Shown: one piece after another, positions 52,601 to 64,000 of the stretch | Layout of the letters: each line of letters opens with the position of its first letter | Position numbering within the stretch: position 1 is the first letter of the stretch | From: Zancudomyces culisetae HAW-14-8 | Lineage: Eukaryota; Fungi; Kickxellomycota | Length of the DNA stretch: 64,000 nt | Assembly: GCA_052426225.1 (NCBI GenBank) | Contig: JBNJNM010000021.1 | Coordinates: 434,001-498,000 of the forward strand | Reading direction: 5' to 3' | Made by a program: the position numbers and the translations under genes | The notes under the pieces: model-generated | Databases searched by the model: none | The model's input: only the letters and a program-made list of their open reading frames with translations | What the model was told of the DNA's origin: nothing

Positions 52601-53127
52601 TAAAAATATACATTGCATATGCCAGGAAACACGTACACCCAACACTTTCTCACGAGGCAAAACTCAAACTCAAGGATTTTTACCTCAAACTTCGCGACAA
52701 ACAGGCGGAATTCGGAGCAGGCAATGCGATTATTACGACGCGACAGCTGGAGGCACTTGTAAGGTTGGGAGAAGCGCGTGCCAGACTCGAACTCCGTGAC
52801 ACAGTTACAGCAACCGATGTTGACCAAGTGATTGAAATCATGGAAAACAGCCTCCTACAAACGTACGAGGATGAAGTCGGGAATCTCGACTTCAATCGGT
52901 CGCAAATGGGTACAGGAATGAGCAAAAACAAACAGCTTAAAACATTTGTAAACTATCTTTTCAAAATCGCCTCGGAAAGCTCCAACAATCTATTCACATT
53001 CGATACACTTCGGGCAGCTAGCGACCGTTTTGGCCTCCAAATGCGGCTGTTGGATGCCATTGACTCGCTCAATAACCAGGGATACTTGATAAAAAAACGT
53101 GGCGGTGTTTACCAGCTTACTTTATAG
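49644..53127 (+). CDS. MCM8: MCM8-like helicase; exons 49644-49749, 49938-50023, 50126-50366, 50468-50612, 50743-52236, 52388-53127
   Basis: YWDLYF N-terminal motif, C4 zinc finger (CKAC..C..C), GRIPKSINVELT, CPSIFGNELVKAGLLL, Walker A GDPGLGKSQ, Walker B IDEFDK, AAANPVGGHYNKSKTVSENL, SALLSRFDL, ITTRQLEALVRL, and C-terminal LNNQGYLIKK. Confidence 0.88.
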
Positions 53128-56100
53128 CCCATGCTCGCTTACCACCTGCATTATTTCTTGCCTAGTCTTTTGTATGTTTTCTTGAAATGCTATCAATATC
53201 ATATCCAAGTGTGCCAGATATCCCGATGCCATTTCTTCTGCCCCTTCACCTTCTCCCTTATTACCATTCTCATTGTCTTCCTCGTTTCCCGCCATTTCTA
53301 ACTTTTGAGTATACTGCTTTATCAATAAACTCTCTTCTTTGTAGGCATTTTTAAGAAACTGGAGATGGGTTTTATGTCTTTCAATAAACTGTTTCATGGT
53401 CTGATCAATCTTCAACTCTCTTTCTCTAGCATTCATGCGCATGTCTTGCATCTCATAATCTTTTTTAAGAATTGTAGAGGTGCCAGTTTGCTGCTTATTT
53501 TCATCACCACTGATACTACCAATGAATCCGTTGCTGCTACTACCATTATTACCGCCACTCCCACTGCCACTGTTATTGTTATTGTTATTGTTATTGCTAC
53601 GATTGTTGGTACCAAAATTACTACCACTGCTGACACTTTTGCTACTGTTTCGCATCACACTTTTTCTGGCAGGACTCATCGTTTCCATCCTAACATTTCT
53701 TTCTGCAGCTCTCGTAGGTGTCCTTAATCTATTAGCACTCATACTACCTTTACTAATTGGTAGTGCTGTTGTATTTATCGCTAACGACCCTGTTCCTGTT
53801 CTTGTCCCCGGTCGCGACCTTGCTATCCCTCTTCCACCTCCCTCGCCATCCCTACCAACATTGCTTTTAATAAGATCACCTGCTTTAGACACTGAAGAAA
53901 GAGTGCGTGAATTTTGAATCCCCTGTGATCCCATACCCATCGCTACCGCCTCTTCCCCGCTTCTCTTTTCACCTCTGATGTTTGTACCATTTATGGCACT
54001 GTTCGGAGTAATTCTACTTCTTATTCTATCGCTTCTTGCCTCCAGCTGCCCTTTGTTATCAGCCATCGCCATTCCTGTTTTATTCGTAAAAAATTGCTTG
54101 TTGGCAAAATTAACGTGGTTTCTTAGCGGTGTGGGTCTCACTTGTGCGTCTGCTAACCCTCCTCCAATAGTCGATCGTCTATTTGGTTTTCTCAATACAT
54201 TTCTTCCAGCACTGATGCTATTGTTAACCTTTTTTTCATTTTCATTTATACCTTCATGTTCGTATTTAGTATTGTGGTCGTACGTGTGCCCATCATCAAC
54301 CAATGTGCCACTACCACTGCTACTGCTACCATCACTACCACCTGGTCCCAACGCTTTAATCCGATCTGCATATCTCAACGTGTTCAACGTGTGTTCCGTA
54401 TTGCTGCTGTTTGGAGAAATCGTCGCTATCACTACACAATTCGAGTTCCCGATAAATGAATCTCTTAGTACAAGTGTCAGTTTACTTTGTCTAAACGGCT
54501 GGTGTGACTTTCCCATATCCATGGCTCTAATACACTCTTTTAGTGCAAGCAGGCTTTTGTTGATCTCTGCACCCTCTCTACGCGCCAAATCATCCTTGCT
54601 CGCTGCATCCCCCCTATCAGCACCTCTCTCGTTTCCTGCCAAGTCTACAAAAGATAGTTTTCCCACAACCTCATCAACCATTACTCTTCCCTTCTTAACT
54701 TTTTTACATACCAACAACTGCAGAATCGCATGCGATCTTGACGATTCTTTGTTTGCATTTGTCGCTCCCTTCTTCCTATGTTGGTTTCCGTACTCAAATA
54801 CCTCTACTAACTCTTGTGTACTCGATATTTGCACCTGTTGAATATCCTGTATACATACACTACGATCTCCTGCTTCGCGTACATTTAGCTTCTTCCGATT
54901 ATTAAGTAGATCATATACTTCATTTAAATATATTTCACAAAACTCTACCAGTATCACATATCCATCATCACCCCCTCCTTCACTTAGTCTTATAAACATC
55001 TCCTCTCCTGCCAGTTTATACAATCCAACATCCCTGTCCAACATTGTATACGTCTTTCCACTTCCGGTTTGCCCATACGCTATACACGTAGCATTCGCTC
55101 CACTAAACGCGTGGTTCACAAGTCGTTCCACTACACTTTGATATACCTGCTCGTTGTTTGTTTTCTCGCCATACACTTCATCAAACCTAAACACGTGTTT
55201 CTCTATATATCTAGTCAAATCCACCTTTTTTTTCATCTCATGCACTACTAGCTGTCTATTTGTAATTTCTATGACATCCTTTTCTGCTCGCACCAGCTCA
55301 TCTTTGCTAAGCGGCCGTTTTCTAACACACACCGTTATCTTATTTCTGTTTCCACTCTTTGCCACCCTACTTGTTTTAATCTCTGTCAACCCCCTTGGCC
55401 GCTGCGCATCAACTCTAGTTCCCTTTTGTGGGCTAATCTTTGTAGAGACGCCATATGCATTCACCAACGCATATTTATCATCTGTACCTAATCTAACTAC
55501 CTCCTCCATATCTTCCCCCTCATTTAACCCTTCCCATTCCTGCGACTCCCCGCTATCTTCCATATATCCTACGTTTGTTTGCTGCATAACCATTGTGTAG
55601 TCCATATCATTTTCACTTTGCGCTAAACCAACATGTTCGTGTGAATCCACGTTATTCATTCCAATATCTGCCTCCGTAAATAGATAATCATCTCCTTCAT
55701 GCTCCTCCAAGACTATCTCCTCTCTGAGTATTTTAATTAAGCTATTAAGGGTTTCCTTGTCCTTTTCTGAGTATATTCCAAGTCGTTGATACTGGTACCT
55801 CTCGAGCTATTTAGTATTATTGCTATTAGATCCTTTTCATATTTGCTACTAGTTTAGTGCTTACTCTTGAGAGTTTTTCAGGTGTATCAATTCCATTGTC
55901 TATAAAACTATATACAGTAAAAAGTTTTCTTCTGTGAGTTTGATATGCTTTCAATAAGTTTTGTTTTATATATTCATAGTTCTTATTTTTATTTTTTGAT
56001 TGACCATGGAGAAAAATAACTTGTTTGAGCCTTTATCCTGCTAAATATATTCAGGCGTATAAAGACAAACAAAAGGCTTACCTTTGGTATAAGTGCTCAA

Positions 56101-56143
56101 TGCACGCATTGATAAGTAGTGCTCTCAAGTCGTAGGTCGACAT
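53122..56143 (-). CDS. Kinesin-13 (KIF24/KIF2-like) with N-terminal SAM-like domain; exons 56143-56082, 55907-55865, 55806-53122
   Basis: Internal motor ITVCVRKRPL, kinesin-13 KVD (KKKVDLTRYIE) and KEC (LALKECIRA) motifs, GQTGSGKT, SSRSHA, DLAGNER. Confidence 0.9.
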
Positions 56144-57772
56144 TTGACCCGTTCCTAATGTATTCTTTGTGTTTTAACGTTGTTTATACTGTCAAATTCG
56201 TTAAAATATATATCTGAATTATTTGCTTTGTATTTTCTTTATTTCTGATTCAATAGTGTCCAAATATTCTATAAAGTAAAATCTTTAGTCGTTGTTTTGT
56301 TATTTGCGCCTTTATTCATACAAGTGGTGCCAAAGCTGCTGAGAATACACCTTTTCCATTTACAATCTGAATCCTATTCTATACTTGAACTTGCAAATAG
56401 CTGCTATTGAGAAATGTACATTTATTATTTTAACTCTTTAGGGGTTACTAGCTTTGTCAAAATGCAATATGTCTTTACAATGCCCGGGATTTTTTCTTTT
56501 TGTAAGCAAAGCTCATTATTTAATCACTTTATATTATTGAATAGCATTGTTGACATTTCTGCTTTGGTCCTGCAAAATTACAAAATTATAGTTTTTTTTT
56601 CCTACAATCAAAACAAGTAAATTTATCAAAGCAAAAAATAATAATAATAAATAAAAATTCCCTAAATCATTCAAAGTTTCCGATAATTCGGCCATTACTT
56701 TTGTTTATTCAGTTTATTAATTGGCCCTAATGCTAATTATTACATACGTGGGCATGTGTTTTCCACGCTACTATTGCCTGGTTTTATTGATAATCTTGAT
56801 TTTTCCTGTATTTCTTGTTTTTCGGTAATTATTGCCCAATAGTCTCAGATATGAACATTGATTTGCTCTGCTTCAACTAAATTTGGTTCAAATAATCAAC
56901 TTGAAACCATAAATATAAACAAGCTGTAACACATGGCTCGCACCATAAGGCTTTTATTTAACCACCTGTCTATGATTACAGTATTTAAACCAAAAAAGAA
57001 ATACATCATAGCTGAGCCATTCTAAACTGTATTACCACCAACCATATTGTTGCTACACTACCATAAACACTTGACTACATTGGAAAGACAGAGTTCAAAA
57101 AGAAAAATATTAACGAGATGCTGTAGCGTGTTGTATAGTTCGTCTTTATACTCTAAGAGTGCTGAAACCAGGTATACTGCAGACTCTATAAGCATATAAT
57201 TGTAACTACCTTCTCGCTTGCATAACACCGTATACCTTGTTATGATACGTTTCGACTGAACTTACCTAATTGTACCTTACTAATTTGCCTTGGCAAATCA
57301 AGTTGTATTTGCTCAAAATGTCCTTATACTCTAGCTAGAACACTCTGTCTTTGTATTTTATAACATTTTGACAGGTTAGTACACCACAATAGTTTCATGT
57401 GTCAATGAGAAGCATCCTATAAATTGGTGCGAGGAGTAAAAATTATTATGAACTATATATTCCCCTCCCCACTACCATCTATTACTTGGTTGACTTTACC
57501 GGTATTATACTGATCAATATACTTCTAACCCAGCCTTTTCTACGTTCCCACCTTCTTTTCACCTTTCCAAGCTTTATTTATGCTCAAAAAAATTTTCAAC
57601 GTTAATAGGCAATTTTTCAACTGTTTTTTTTTTTCTTGAACCGCTAACTCATAAACAATATCCAGCAACAAAAGGCGATTTATTTTGGATTTTCATTTAT
57701 TCTTTGGTTATCAGCCTTTTTTCAATGCCAACCTCACTATTAAATAAATAAAAAATAAGAAAAAAGTGGTAA

Positions 57773-59401
57773 ATGTTCGCTAACTCGAGCGGGAAATTCC
57801 AAAGGCTCCTTTCCATCTACAGCTTAAATTCGATAAAAACTCAATACAGAACTAAAACAACAAAAATGGCAAAGAACCTTAACAAAGGCTTGGTTGTTGG
57901 GATTTACAACGATTTCAAACTGAGCTTTGAAGAGACTAATCCCCAATTTCTGACCAAAGAAACCTCCTCAATGATTATCGAAGAGGTGAAAGCACGCCAG
58001 CTAAAATGCAAGCCCGGTGATTTTCATGTTTTTTACGAAAAGGCCAAAGACTCGTCAGAGTTTTTGAAAATTGCTGTAGTTGGTTTGGGTGGAAAAGATT
58101 CTCCATCTCCAAGTGTAATCGAAAACGTTCGAAGTGCTGTTGGTACAGGCGTAAGAAATTTGAGGGAATTAAACGTCGAAAACATTCAGATTGATCCATC
58201 ATTAAATCCACAAGGAGCAGCTGAAGGTGCCTATTTAGGATCTTATAAATATGACGTTCTAAAAACCAATAAAAAGGAAAAGGCGGGAGAAATGAGTATT
58301 GAACAAGTAAGTAGTGAACAAGCTAATCTGGAGCTTTGGGAAAAAGGCAAGATTTATGCTGAATCGCAAAATTGGGCACGAACTCTGGCATTCACACCCG
58401 CAAATCTCATGACACCAACGATCTTTGGAGAGGAATGTGTCAAAGAGCTTACAAAGTTTGAAAATGTCACTGTCAATGTACACGACAAGGAATGGGCAGA
58501 AAAACACAAAATGGGTGCCTTTTTGAGTGTTGCTGTAGGTTCAGATCAACCTCCCAAATTTGTTGAAATCATATACAAAGGAGGAAAAGAGGGAGAACAG
58601 CCAATTGTTTATGTAGGCAAAGGTATAACATTTGACACTGGTGGTATCAGCATTAAACCCTCAAGGAACATGGATCTGATGAAGGGAGATATGGGTGGAG
58701 CAGCATCTGTTGTTGCTGCAATGCGTGGAATAGCCGCTTTGAAACTCCCTATCAACGCTGTTTGTTGTGTACCACTGGCAGAGAACATGCCAAGTGAAAA
58801 GGCTACAAAGCCAGGCGATGTTGTAGTTGCAATGAACGGAAAGACAATTGAGGTTATTGATACGGACGCAGAAGGTCGTATGGCGCTGGCAGATGCTCTA
58901 ACTTATGCAGTCGAGTACCATAATCCATACATAGTCGTTGATGTGGCTACTCTTACAGGTGCGATGGTTGTTGCATTGGGTGATATTTATACAGGCGTTT
59001 TTACGCCATCCAACCAGCTGTGGAGTTTGGTAGACGCGGCAGCGACTGTAACTAGCGACAAGGCCTGGAGAATGCCACTAAACTCAGATTATATGAGGTT
59101 GGTAGAAAGCCAAGTGGCTGACATTGCCAATTATGTTGATATATTTGGTGCTGGCGCAAACGCCGCTGCCGTCTTCTTGCGTGAATTTGTCAGTCGTGTT
59201 AAAAACACTGACAATGGCGCTGCCGTTGAACGGGAAAGAGCAGAAGAGCCAAGCGAAGCACTGCCAAAATGGGCACACATGGATATTGCTGGAACCATGG
59301 AAACAGAGAAAAACTCTGGACACCATGTTCGTGGAATGACAGGGAGACCTACACGCCTTTTGATTGAGATGGCCAACCTGGTTCCAAAGAAACAACTTTA
59401 G
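57773..59401 (+). CDS. M17 leucyl aminopeptidase
   Basis: VGKGITFDTGGISIKP, MKGDMGGA, AENMPS..PGDV, DTDAEGRMALAD, VATLTGA, WAHMDIAG. Confidence 0.95.
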   Translation: MFANSSGKFQRLLSIYSLNSIKTQYRTKTTKMAKNLNKGLVVGIYNDFKLSFEETNPQFLTKETSSMIIEEVKARQLKCKPGDFHVFYEKAKDSSEFLKIAVVGLGGKDSPSPSVIENVRSAVGTGVRNLRELNVENIQIDPSLNPQGAAEGAYLGSYKYDVLKTNKKEKAGEMSIEQVSSEQANLELWEKGKIYAESQNWARTLAFTPANLMTPTIFGEECVKELTKFENVTVNVHDKEWAEKHKMGAFLSVAVGSDQPPKFVEIIYKGGKEGEQPIVYVGKGITFDTGGISIKPSRNMDLMKGDMGGAASVVAAMRGIAALKLPINAVCCVPLAENMPSEKATKPGDVVVAMNGKTIEVIDTDAEGRMALADALTYAVEYHNPYIVVDVATLTGAMVVALGDIYTGVFTPSNQLWSLVDAAATVTSDKAWRMPLNSDYMRLVESQVADIANYVDIFGAGANAAAVFLREFVSRVKNTDNGAAVERERAEEPSEALPKWAHMDIAGTMETEKNSGHHVRGMTGRPTRLLIEMANLVPKKQL

Positions 59402-60004
59402 TGATGGGCTTCTTTTCTATACACCCTTGATTCTGTAGGAATAAATGTATATGGATCCCCTCTGCTCTTTATTGATTACGGTTACTAACCATGGTCCTAT
59501 TTTAAATAAAGAAAATCCTGGCCACAAAATATCAGGATAAACAAACTATAGCTTTTTCCTCTACCAAAGAGTAATTATTCCGATCTGAAAAAATTGTTAG
59601 AAATCACGTAAAATAAGATTATATGATCTAATAAATCACAAAGGTGGAGATGTCTGCAATAAAACAGATCGATAATCCGTTTCGTAAACCAGTAACCTGG
59701 GACATCTTTCGGTTTTGTTTTTGTGCGACTCCTTTAAATACTTGCCCCAGTTTTCTACACAGTATTGCAACTTATCAATCTCTATCCATATTAAAGTTAT
59801 ATGGAGTATGTGCAATTTTTTAGTTGCATTGAGTGGGGGAGAAGAAGTTAAGCAAGAAATAATACCACAATTATTACAAAAAGTAGTGATACAAATCCAT
59901 GTGCAGCAGTGTGAAAAGAGAGCCATCCAAGCCTCAATAAAGAAAAATGCAAAAAGTAGCTTGAAAGCATTGCATCTTCTTTTTCAAGTGAAATCAGAAG
60001 AGTA

Positions 60005-61038
60005 TTATGATATTATACATGTTTGTTTCTCGGGAGACTTTTGTGTAGTTCTTCCATTCCCTATACTCCCGTTCCTCTTTTCACGAGTAACATTGGTATT
60101 CTTGAAATTGGCCCTGTTGGGTTGGCTAGTGGGCTTCTTTTCTACGGTCTGTTGATAGGTATTTTTCCAATATTTTTTCACTGTAGACGCTGTAAACATG
60201 GGTGCCTCTGGAACACAGTTGTGATCGCTTTCATGCCTGTGTTTTAAACAATACTGCTTTTTACATTTCTGGCAGTTAGAATGCACAAGACTTTTAGTGT
60301 TACACGCCTTCACATTACATATATCGCTTCTATATGCTGGTCGTGTGGATGTAGTGCCGCTTACTTTAGGGCATCCTGATCGTATGTGCCTTTCAACCTA
60401 TAGATTTTAAATCCAGATTTACTTTAAAACGAAATCCATGCAAACTGTTCCTTGGCGATGCTTCAAAGATGCATAATTCAATTATTTGGTTTAAAATATT
60501 GTTTTTGCATATGAATAGAGGGTGTCTAAATCAAAAATAATAATAAAATAATGTACCCTAGAATTTGGATTTTCGCCCCGATTGATAGGTATTGCTGCCC
60601 CACAGCAGGGGCATTCGGGAACCCTTACGTCTACCACTCTGTGTTTTTGAGGACAGTCATGCTCTGTGACTTTCCAATGAAGATCGCTATGTTAAAATTG
60701 CCCTTTTGTTAAACCCTTGATATTTTTTTACTTTTTATGCGATTCTAACTCTTCAGCTAAATGTTTATTCAAGTAAGATAGGAAAACTAAATGTGCTGTA
60801 CTTACCAAAATAGCCTCCTACAATACTGGCATTTGTAAGGCAAAAAATCTACGGTTTACCAATTAAAGCGTTAAAATTGTCAGAGATACAAGTTACAAAA
60901 TATAAGAACATGGACAATTGAAAAAATATATATATGAGTAGAAAATTGGTAATACAATCTTGAATTGCACTAGTTATGCTTACCCAACCTGTTGCATGCA
61001 TGATTGTTACAGTTAGCCCCTACGTCTGGCAGTTCCAT
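60005..61038 (-). CDS. AN1 zinc-finger protein, ZFAND2/AIRAP-like, four exons, C-terminal CaaX motif
   Basis: MELPDVGANCNNHACNRLDFLPYKCQYCRRLFCDLHWKVTEHDCP, VPECPCC..VERHIRSGC, second AN1 finger CQKCKKQYCLKHRHESDHNC. Ends in CIIS*. Confidence 0.88.
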
Positions 61039-62005
61039 TTCTGTATGCGTTGAGGATATGAACGGCAATTATCGTTTTCTTTCTCGCCTTCGTGGAAAAA
61101 GCTCTATATAAATATAATTGAACACTAGTTATCCTGCTAGTAATAATGGCTTGTACAAAACGTTGTTTAATTAAATTTTAATTATTTGTTTTTTTTTGTG
61201 TTGTAAATTAGTATTGATGAAATTTTTATTGTTTCAAATGTGAACAAGAGACCATTTATATATTCTGGTAGCCTAGCAATTGGGAACATCATAGTGTTAA
61301 CGTTTTATTATCTGGGTAATAATTACGTCATACTAATTCTGGTAGGGGGGGAATAGCCTTTTTTGAGATGATTAATAATATTAACTGCATTACTAATTGG
61401 AGAAAATAAACGCGCTAGCGGCAAATTCTAGAATGTACTGGCACATACATGCCTTGGCACAGCGTACGCTATATAACCCTCGTTGGTCGTACGCTGCTTA
61501 GCTGTCTACATGGATTTTGTAAGCACGTATATACATGTAAACTAGGTTCAAACTATGAAATCTTGTATTTGAAATCAAACTAAGTGGTTAACTATTGGTG
61601 GTAGGAACAAAAAATTGTAAAATTGATCTTTGTATTTGTAACATTAGTATTCCAAAGCACACTGGATACACATTTCAGTTGTTTCTGTTATTGTAGTATT
61701 GATATGTTTAAAACATGAATGAAGAGTAAAATGTAAGAGAATAAAAATCAGATCAAATAAACCGAGGCATCATCTTTTATAGCCAAGATAACCTGTTACA
61801 AGATTAGATTACAGTTCTCACCCCCCACCGCGCTCTCCTATTTAAACAATAAAATTGTTCGTATAAAACGTGGGATCATCTTTACCTTTATTTATATCCA
61901 GCCCAAACTAGTTACAAGGCACTCAAAAATACGAATAAGTTGGAAATGTCCAAAACAAAAACATTAAAAAACAAAACACAACAGGAGAAAAAAATGACAA
62001 ACTAA

Positions 62006-63079
62006 TTAAGATAGTACATCTTCAATTTCTTGTGTTGTTAAAATCTTAAACTTGGGATTGTTGGCCGAGACAATGGCCATTTCAACCTCAGTTGGTTTGA
62101 GGTAGGTGGCTAAGACCGAAGAAAGTGTATCCACTGCGGTCTCTATAGTTTGCTCTATTGTCAATTCGGGATCATCTTTAATTCGTTTTTCTAAAAAGTT
62201 TATCGCTTCCTGCTGCTTTACGCCTGCTGCAGTTGCCTTATAGCCAACAAAATATCCTGCGGGATCGACTTTGTAGAGCTGGGGTCCCATTTCAATATCA
62301 TAGCCGATTATAATTAGCGCTATAATTAAAAAAAGAAAAATTCGTTACATTTAACCATTTTAATAGAATAATATTAACAAAGTCCTTACAAACACCATAT
62401 GGTCTCATAAATGCCTTTTGTGTATACACTTGGTTTACATTTGCCATTCTTTTGGCCAACAAGTCTGCTGAGATTTCGTATCCATACTTGTATCTGAAGT
62501 CAGCCGCTTCACTCCTGGCTTTATCCACCTGAGCCCTTGAATCAGCTATTATAGTGTTTTTGTATTGATGTTAAAAAAAACGGCCTACAAACAAAAAATT
62601 TGTGCTTACCTATTAGTCCTGTTGCAACACACCCAACAGTAGGTGTAATATTGAACATTCTCGTGACTGTTTCAGGTTCCACCAGCTTGTCCTAGATTTT
62701 AATTGTAAAACACTCGTAAACATTCATTTTCTTTGGTAATTTATATATGTTATCCACAATCATGCTATTAGATACTGTTGAAATGGCCAAAATTGATTTA
62801 TATCTCATTCTGTTAAATTAATTCATATCAAGATCGCTTACGGGTGTTTTTCTCTGCGTCAATATAACTACACTATCTTTTCCGCGTACTCCGACAGATG
62901 TGATTGCATCTCTAGAAATTGCCTTGAAAGCATATTCTAATCATATTAAAGACAATTGTTAGAGCACCGATAATAGTCATAGAACGCTCATTTTACTCAC
63001 CTACTTGGTACAATCTCCCTTCAGGTGAGAAGATTGAAATCTGTCTATCATATCCTGCGCTTACGCTTCTGCCGCTCAT
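62006..63079 (-). CDS. SCL1: 20S proteasome subunit alpha-1 (PSMA6/Scl1), five exons
   Basis: [74 protein letters not shown]. Confidence 0.93.
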
Positions 63080-64000
63080 TATATTTTATTTTGTGCTGTG
63101 TTGTCTTTTGTGACTTTTCGTGTATCGTGTGGAAATTTCGTCTTTTAGCTTTTGTCTTTTTTCTTTGGTGAAAAGTGAAATCAGACCTAATTTTGCTTTG
63201 GATTGTGTTCAAATGTGTAGCAGAAAATTGGTGTTTTGTTTATTTGCTTTATTTTGTTTTATTTTGCTTTATTTTTTTTGTGTGTGTGTGATTACGTACT
63301 ACTTTAATCTACCAAAAAAAATAAAAATGCAATAAAATGAAATGGGTGGAGTGGGGCTAAAATTGAAAAATAGCTGAATTTGAGTATCTCGATATTAAAC
63401 TAAACCCAACTATAGATCTACCAGCAAATAAAAGCATGTATAAAAAAAAAGACCCTATATAAAAATAGTTATATCTATAGAGTATTTTACCTCTAAAAGA
63501 CGAAGATTTAAAAAGCGCACATATTTACTCTTCGAGTGTATACCCCTGGCATTTGGCTTTACAATTATAGCATTAAAAAATCTCGCATTTTGTCATACTT
63601 TTGATAATTGCTGCTAACCAGTTTTGAGTAGAGCATAGCGTTTGGAGACGTGTAAATAGAAGACCTAGTCGCTAGATTTATGATTACGAACATGTGGTAG
63701 TCCCATCGCTAAGACATTGTGTTATTAAAAAGATTTTCTAAACATCTTGTAGTTTCGTAAAATATGGCAGTTAGTGAATGACATACATCTATGTAGCAAA
63801 GCATATATGAAACCTTTTTAATACTGGATCTAGGGACCCGTCTAGTATTTATTCACCTGGTAAATGATCCACCGAAAAATCATTTGGATACAAATACCCA
63901 TCTCCGTAATCTATATTTGTAAAAAAAAATTCTTGTGTTCTTTTGTACCTGTTGGTTTAGGGTAAAGGTATTATGGAATAGTTATACAAAAAAAATGGAT

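Noticed and set aside
53480-55600. Long + strand ORFs (145, 287 and 148 aa) inside the kinesin gene
   Set aside because: Antisense shadows with no recognisable domain.

Overview
AT-rich, intron-containing eukaryotic DNA with GT-AG introns and CTAAC/TACTAAC-type branch points. It is fungal, and the gene content (Sec-encoding selenophosphate synthetase, MCM8, kinesin-13, CSL) points to an early-diverging, non-Dikarya fungus. Harpellales/Kickxellomycotina is plausible, but that is inference. The window holds about 21 protein genes: an unknown partial gene, TIM17, Ran/GSP1, SIL1, ATP4, U2AF65, a CSL transcription factor, COX14, SPS, DAO, a Sel1-repeat protein, Urg1/URC1, DCTN4, YCG1, VTS1, MCM8, kinesin-13, an M17 aminopeptidase, a ZFAND2-like protein and proteasome alpha-1. 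It also holds a degraded cytochrome P450 pseudogene and a tandem tRNA-Gly/tRNA-Pro pair. The standout is a six-exon selenophosphate synthetase gene with an in-frame UGA at its catalytic site (LKG-U-GCK, TGA at 29453-29451). About 130 nt past its stop lies a SECIS-like hairpin with a GUGA/UGA core, a correctly spaced AAA and an unusually long (~46 nt) apical insertion. The ORF track also misses a three-exon 52-aa COX14-like gene and the SAM-domain exons of the kinesin-13. All exon structures were derived by hand.
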